NCBI GenBank assembly: GCA_051294375.1
Contig: CM119271.1
Location: 2,576,412 to 2,640,411, forward strand
DNA from: Paraspadella gotoi
Taxonomy: Eukaryota > Animalia > Chaetognatha
DNA length: 64,000 bases
Direction: 5' to 3'
In this document: positions 59,089 to 64,000 of the stretch, one piece after another
Position numbering within the stretch: position 1 is the stretch's first letter
Layout of the letters: each line of letters starts with the position of its first letter
Notes under the pieces: model-generated
Told to the model about the DNA's origin: nothing
The model's database searches: none
Seen by the model: the letters and a program-made list of their open reading frames with translations, nothing else
Position numbers and translations under genes: made by a program

Positions 59089-60319
59089 TTATGATACTGC
59101 TTGGCGCGGGGCAGGCGAATCTGTCGACATATGCCCAACACGAGACAATAACATTGTGTCTGACTTTGTGGCTCGAATTATGCATCTCAGCGTATGCGCC
59201 GAGCGATTCTCGGCTTGCGCGAACGAGGTTGGCCCCTTGGGCTTAGCGGCGCGAACCACCTGACCCCACTGCGGGAACGAAGGGCTGCAGTCGCTTTGTC
59301 TGCCGACGAAGGCCTTTGCCACACGCCTGGAGGTCTCAGAGGATGCAAGAGCCTGACAACTACTCACAGGACAATGGCAGCAGTGCCATCCAAACCCAAG
59401 AGGCATTGACCGTCTTGGCCTCTTGATCAAGTTGTTTCAAATCAAATCTAAAGCGTCGCGCACAGCCTGCAGCTGCGGGAAAGATCCGGCGTGAGGCAGC
59501 ACGTTTTAGTTGGACAGCATGTTAAAACCAACAAGTCTCGTAGCCAGAAAATCATCGTTCTGCGGGTCTTAGTGCGACAAATGCCCACTATATCAGAGCG
59601 CAAGCTCTTTCATTTCGCTGTATGTGCGAAATTATATTCATCTATTCATATCTCAATAAGCAAACACTAACCTCAGAGGCGATTTTATAAAAGGTACGGG
59701 TGAAGCATTTGTCATCCCCTTTCTCTGATTTGGCTCTCGCTTCGCCTTCGCTCCTCAGATGAGTCAGGAGCGGAGAGGTCCTCAGATGAAGCGTCATCAT
59801 AAATCACTGGTTTCTTGACTTTCTCTGATAACCTTGGGCGAAACGGTCGCCGACGATGGGTGGTAACCGCGACGTCGGCGCTTAGGAACAGGCTGAAGCT
59901 GACGTAGAGGCGCGGTGCCCCAGCAGATGAAGCCGACCTCTTGGCTGGCACTGTACCGCCGGAGCCGTCGGACAGCCGCTACGAACACGCAAAAAAATCA
60001 TCGCGACATAAACGGCGAATAGCCCCTTCAGCTTCGTGATCTCAAACTTTAAACAAGCGTGGCACCCCTCTGACCCTGAGGATTTCCTCAATCTGTTTGA
60101 AGCACACCTCTCATCAGGATCATCGGGGTCACAGCAGCCGAAACATGTCCAGAGAATCGCATCACTTGTTGAACCAATGTATTGACAGTATCGAGAGAAA
60201 GTCCTAATGAATGAAAAACTGATTGGATCTCCGATCCAGGGAAATATCGCCGTAAGGCTTCTGTAATCAGAACTAATGAGCGTGATGGCGTCATTGACGC
60301 GCTTGTGGCTAGAAGCCAT
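59089..60319 (-). pseudogene. gag-like ORF1 of the retroelement (frameshifted as assembled)
   Basis: ATG at 60319 just inside repeat A. Ends with the stitched motif QCY.C.RVGHMSTD(C)PAPRQAVS*, i.e. a CCHC zinc knuckle. Confidence 0.65.
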
Positions 60320-61017
60320 GATCTAAGTTGAGGTCTGAACTGAAATCTAAATAAAAGGGATGAGCAAACAAAACAAACAAACAGGCAAGAAATGAGTTTC
60401 TTCTTAGGGTTGCAACAGGGTTGAGCGTAGGCGACCAGAAGAAACGTTGAGGCACGAACGATGAAACCTCAACTCACCCTCGCAGTTGATTCCATCCTGC
60501 ATGAAGGATAGCAAAAATATTGTTTTGTTACAACACAACAACAATTTTATTATGACATAAAAAACAGACATGTTTCGACTCTGTTTCAAGTCTTTATCAG
60601 CGCATTCAAGAGCCAGAGTTAAAGAGAAAATACCAATAAATACTTAGTTTTTTTTAAATCTAAATAGTTAATTATAAAGTTAAATTATAAAATTAACCGA
60701 TCTTAACGGTTAACCGTAAAAATGTTAGTTTTAGCGGTTAAGCGGAATCCTAACAATAATTATACGTATATCGGAACTCTAGTCATGACCGAATCAAGAG
60801 AGTGCATGAAATTGGTACAAAAATTATCCATTAATTCAATAAATAAGTGATCTTGTCTACTGACTTTGGACAGGCGGTGATATAAGTGTTTTTTCAAAAA
60901 TTGTAGTAAAACGTTTATTAACGACTTCACAGTTCACACTTCACACTTTACAGTTCACACCTGCCCCTGTCCTGTCCCCACTAAAACCCCTCATTCTTAC
61001 CCCCTCGATTTTCCAAG

Positions 61018-61188
61018 GAGCGACGGCCACGCCCATCGATGGACTCGTCAACGTCGGCATCGTCGTCGTCGTCATCGCCGTCGTCGTCGTCGTCGTCGTC
61101 GTCCTCGCAGGTATTAGGAAATCAAACGACGGAAACTTCGATGTCATCGCTTTTGACAAGAAATTCCAATGGATCGAGGAAAGTGTGA
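61018..61188 (+). CDS. Probable terminal exon of the GPCR (Ser-rich C-tail)
   Basis: Strong pyrimidine tract plus ccaag acceptor; phase 0 matches the donor at 46346. Reads ERRPRPSMDSSTSASSSSSS...NGSRKV*, with AATAAA near 61309. Confidence 0.55.
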   Translation, partial: ERRPRPSMDSSTSASSSSSSPSSSSSSSSSQVLGNQTTETSMSSLLTRNSNGSRKV

Positions 61189-61424
61189 AAGTTCACGTGA
61201 AGGATCACAGGAGTCCATTTAATCCATGACATTTTTAAAAAAAGTCAAGTCATCTTCTGGCTAAACTTTGTTGAGCTATTGCTTATTTCAACAAAAAAAT
61301 TAATCTTGAATAAAAAAACGAATTTAATTATATATGCGTATTTATTAAATTCTTGAACGGAACAGTTAAAAATTAAAACAATATAAATACTAATAGTTTA
61401 TATTTCGTCACAAAGCCGACGTCT

Positions 61425-63893
61425 TCACCCAACAATTCCCGAGATAACCGCTGCCTTGAGGGCAACTTTCACTTTGCCCATGGCCATGTTGAAGACGTAG
61501 GCCCCGACGAGGCACTTGTTGGCCTCCAAGAGCCGCTCGGCCAACTGCAAGGCTTTCAGACCAAAGGCCTTTGAGGAGAAAAAAAATCAGGAATCATTAA
61601 GTTTTTTTTTTTTCGGAATAGTAGTAAAGTAAGAAGTTTGGATTATTTCTCGTTTATCTTTAAAAAGAAAACAAAGTTTATTTATTTACAAACAACGAGT
61701 TTTTTAATTAAAAAAAAAATAACGGACATGTTTCGACTCTTCATCGAGTTCTTAAGGAATTGGTCATTAATGATGGGGCATACCTTCAGGAAGGTAATCA
61801 TGCCGTCGACGAGATACTCGGCGCCGTCCAATCCCGCGCGAGCCATCTTCCTCAGCGCGGACTGCACGTAATCCTCAGCCGTTTCCAGCATGCCGAACCC
61901 CTGGAGATCGTGGGATTCAAAACAATCAAACTACATTTAACGTTTAGCGGAAGTGGAAATGTAGCAGATTAATTTGTGGATTATCTCAAATGAGAATAAG
62001 TTCCTCAATCTCATTTGCATATTGTCGTATTCTGTTAAAGCTTTGATAAATTTTTGTTCTATTGTCCTAAAGGTTTAATATTGATATTTTACATTGTTTG
62101 TTCGTGGTTCAATTAATAGAAATGTGAGCCATGACAAACTCTATTTGAAGGCTGACTTCAGACAAAGAACAAAAGATATTCTTTTGTCACATCGATGTTT
62201 TTTGGCCAAACTGTGGAAGATCTTCAGCTCGTGAACTTACCTCAATCTCGTCCACAACGTCGGCGGCTTCTTTCAACGCGATCGCCAATTCTACGTAGAC
62301 GTAGTCGCCGATGAGACGCCTGTGGTGGAGGAGATTGTGGAGGTTATAGGGGTTGCTGTGGTTGTCGATGCGCACTGTGGTTTTTGTGGTCGTATTCTGT
62401 GAGTATTTGTATAATATCATCTCCCTTATATTCCTGTAAACTTTCTATCAAGTATAATTCACTAATTAATTAATCAACTAATTAAATTAATTAATTACAG
62501 TACCCAAAAACGTATAGACTTGAGGCGACTTAATTCGCCTCAAGTCGCCTCAGACTGTAAAAATGTAAAAGTGCTCGAAATAATATTATTTACCTGTTAT
62601 TCTCGATCCAACGAATGGCCATCTTAAATCCCGAGCGGCCAACCTTCTTGAGAACGTCAACGATGGCTTGGCCCACGGGGCCGACCGCCTCCTTGAAGCG
62701 CTTCGAGACAACCTTCAGCTTGATCAGGATGCGGGGGAGCACCTGGTGAGCGGAGTGTGTTCAGATAGAGATGTTACTTGAGAAGTGGGATATGAAGGAT
62801 TCGATTGAGCTGTTGGCGGGAAAATTTGAAAGAGCAGAAGAAAAGAACGAACGAAGGAAACGAAAAAGAAAGAAGAAAATGTAAAAAAAAATTTAAAAAA
62901 ACAGAAACAAAAAATGGCACTATCTTCCAAGAGCGTCCCTTTTCTGCTTCCAACCCCTAAATTTTATTTTATTATTATAAACGTTTAATCCTGAATCTCT
63001 TACTGAATTTTAAACCTCATCTTTAATCCTAACATAATCCATAAAACCAATCTTTATCATTAACAATTTAACAATATCTCTAACTTAAGTCCTAATCTAA
63101 TTTTTTAAAGCTAAAAAAGGGCACTTTTGGAAAATATGGCGCAAAACAATTATAATAAAAAAACAAAACAAAGTAAGATGGAAAGAAGCAGTCGATAAAA
63201 ACAGAAGATGTTCCGCTCGCCTTATGGACGAATTTCCGCAGAGCGCTTCTCAAAGACCCCGTGGATCCGACGAGGCGTTCCAGTGCCCCCTCGCAGATTC
63301 GTCTCATGTCCTCCAGGAGACGGCGAGAGTCACGGTTCGCCGGGTCGGAGAGAGCCGCGCCCACATCCAAGGCGAGTTTGTCCAGCCAGGACTGCGAGGG
63401 AAAGGATTAGTGGAGTATCCTCAAAACTATTTATCTATTTATCTATCAGAATCCTTAAAAATATGAGAGCGAAAATTTTTTTTTTATCAGTTCTTTGATA
63501 TTATTAAATGCTTCAACGTCTTCACGCAATTAAATAATCTATTCTTAAAAATCCTTTCCTAAAAATATGAAATTTTTAAAAAAAATTTTATCTTATTTTT
63601 ATTTTATAATAATTTCTTTGATGTTTTTTGCTTCAAAGCGTCAAAGCAATTAAATGTAAAGTTAAAATTAAAAATCGATTCATATTTTTCATAAATATAC
63701 AGAAAATCGTTAAATTTGGGCCTTACTTACCTTTCCCTGACCCTCTGAAACTCACCCCAACGCCGTCGTCAGCATCATCCACCTCGACTCCATAACCCTC
63801 GATCCCCAAAGCCGCGTGGAGTTTCCCTCTCAACATCGAGTAGATCATTTCGCCCAAATCGCACTTCATTTGCTCGACGTATTCGAGAGCGGC
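61425..63893 (-). CDS. 3' part of an unidentified alpha-helical protein; exons 63756-63893, 63221-63391, 62594-62718, 62241-62319, 61784-61900, 61425-61568
   Basis: Six phase-consistent exons giving one open frame, AALEYVEQMKCDLGEMIY...AFGLKALQLAERLLEANKCLVGAYVFNMAMGKVKVALKAAVISGIVG*. One donor is GC (63219-63220). The 5' exons lie beyond the window. Confidence 0.78.
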
Positions 63894-64000
63894 CTGGAAG
63901 ATCGAAGGTGGGGGAGATTGATTGATTGATTGATTTGTAACGCTCCAAAATGTGCCGGTTAACTCATTAACAATTAAAACATGTTACAGAGCAATACATA

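Larger units (their letters stand above)
53175..60511 (-). mobile_element. ALOG-type DIRS1-like tyrosine-recombinase retrotransposon with split direct repeats
   Basis: Repeat A at 60463-60511 and 53380-53429; repeat B at 53431-53498 and 53175-53243. Motifs for gag CCHC, RT, RNase H, methylase-like, Zn ribbon, ALOG and YR appear in order on the minus strand. Confidence 0.9.
52252..60781. mobile_element. Non-autonomous hAT-like DNA transposon (TIRs plus 8-bp TSD) interrupted by a retrotransposon
   Basis: Left TIR tagtgttccgata vs right tatcggaactcta (12/13 match). TSD gtcatgac at 52244-52251 and 60782-60789. Subterminal taaccg/cggtta arrays at both ends. No transposase seen. Confidence 0.85.

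Noticed and set aside
53175-60511. Bacterial or phage contamination suggested by the composition shift and integrase motifs
   Set aside because: RT, RNase H and gag motifs, split direct repeats and TSD-bounded host flanks indicate a eukaryotic retroelement.

Overview
Draft animal (probably protostome) genome scaffold: AT-rich, many (GA)n microsatellites, N-gaps, and several indel-rich stretches that look like unpolished long-read gap fills. In order: (1) the 3' half of an UNC5-family netrin receptor (+; ZU5-UPA-death domain exons), whose last exons occur three times, most likely an assembly artefact; (2) two tandem intronless 16-finger C2H2 zinc-finger genes; (3) a spliced rhodopsin-class, FMRFamide-receptor-like GPCR (+) with a ~85 aa ECL1 and a ~220 aa ECL3; (4) within its probable last intron, nested transposons: a foldback-like repeat containing an 8.5 kb non-autonomous hAT-like element (TIRs, 8-bp TSD), which contains a 7.3 kb ALOG-type DIRS1-like tyrosine-recombinase retrotransposon (-). 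The retroelement has split direct repeats, a probable OTU protease domain ahead of the RT and candidate short spliceosomal introns; (5) the 3' exons of an unidentified helical-protein gene (-). The retroelement reading frames are broken by many indels, so its domain calls rest on motifs stitched across frames by eye, not on database searches.
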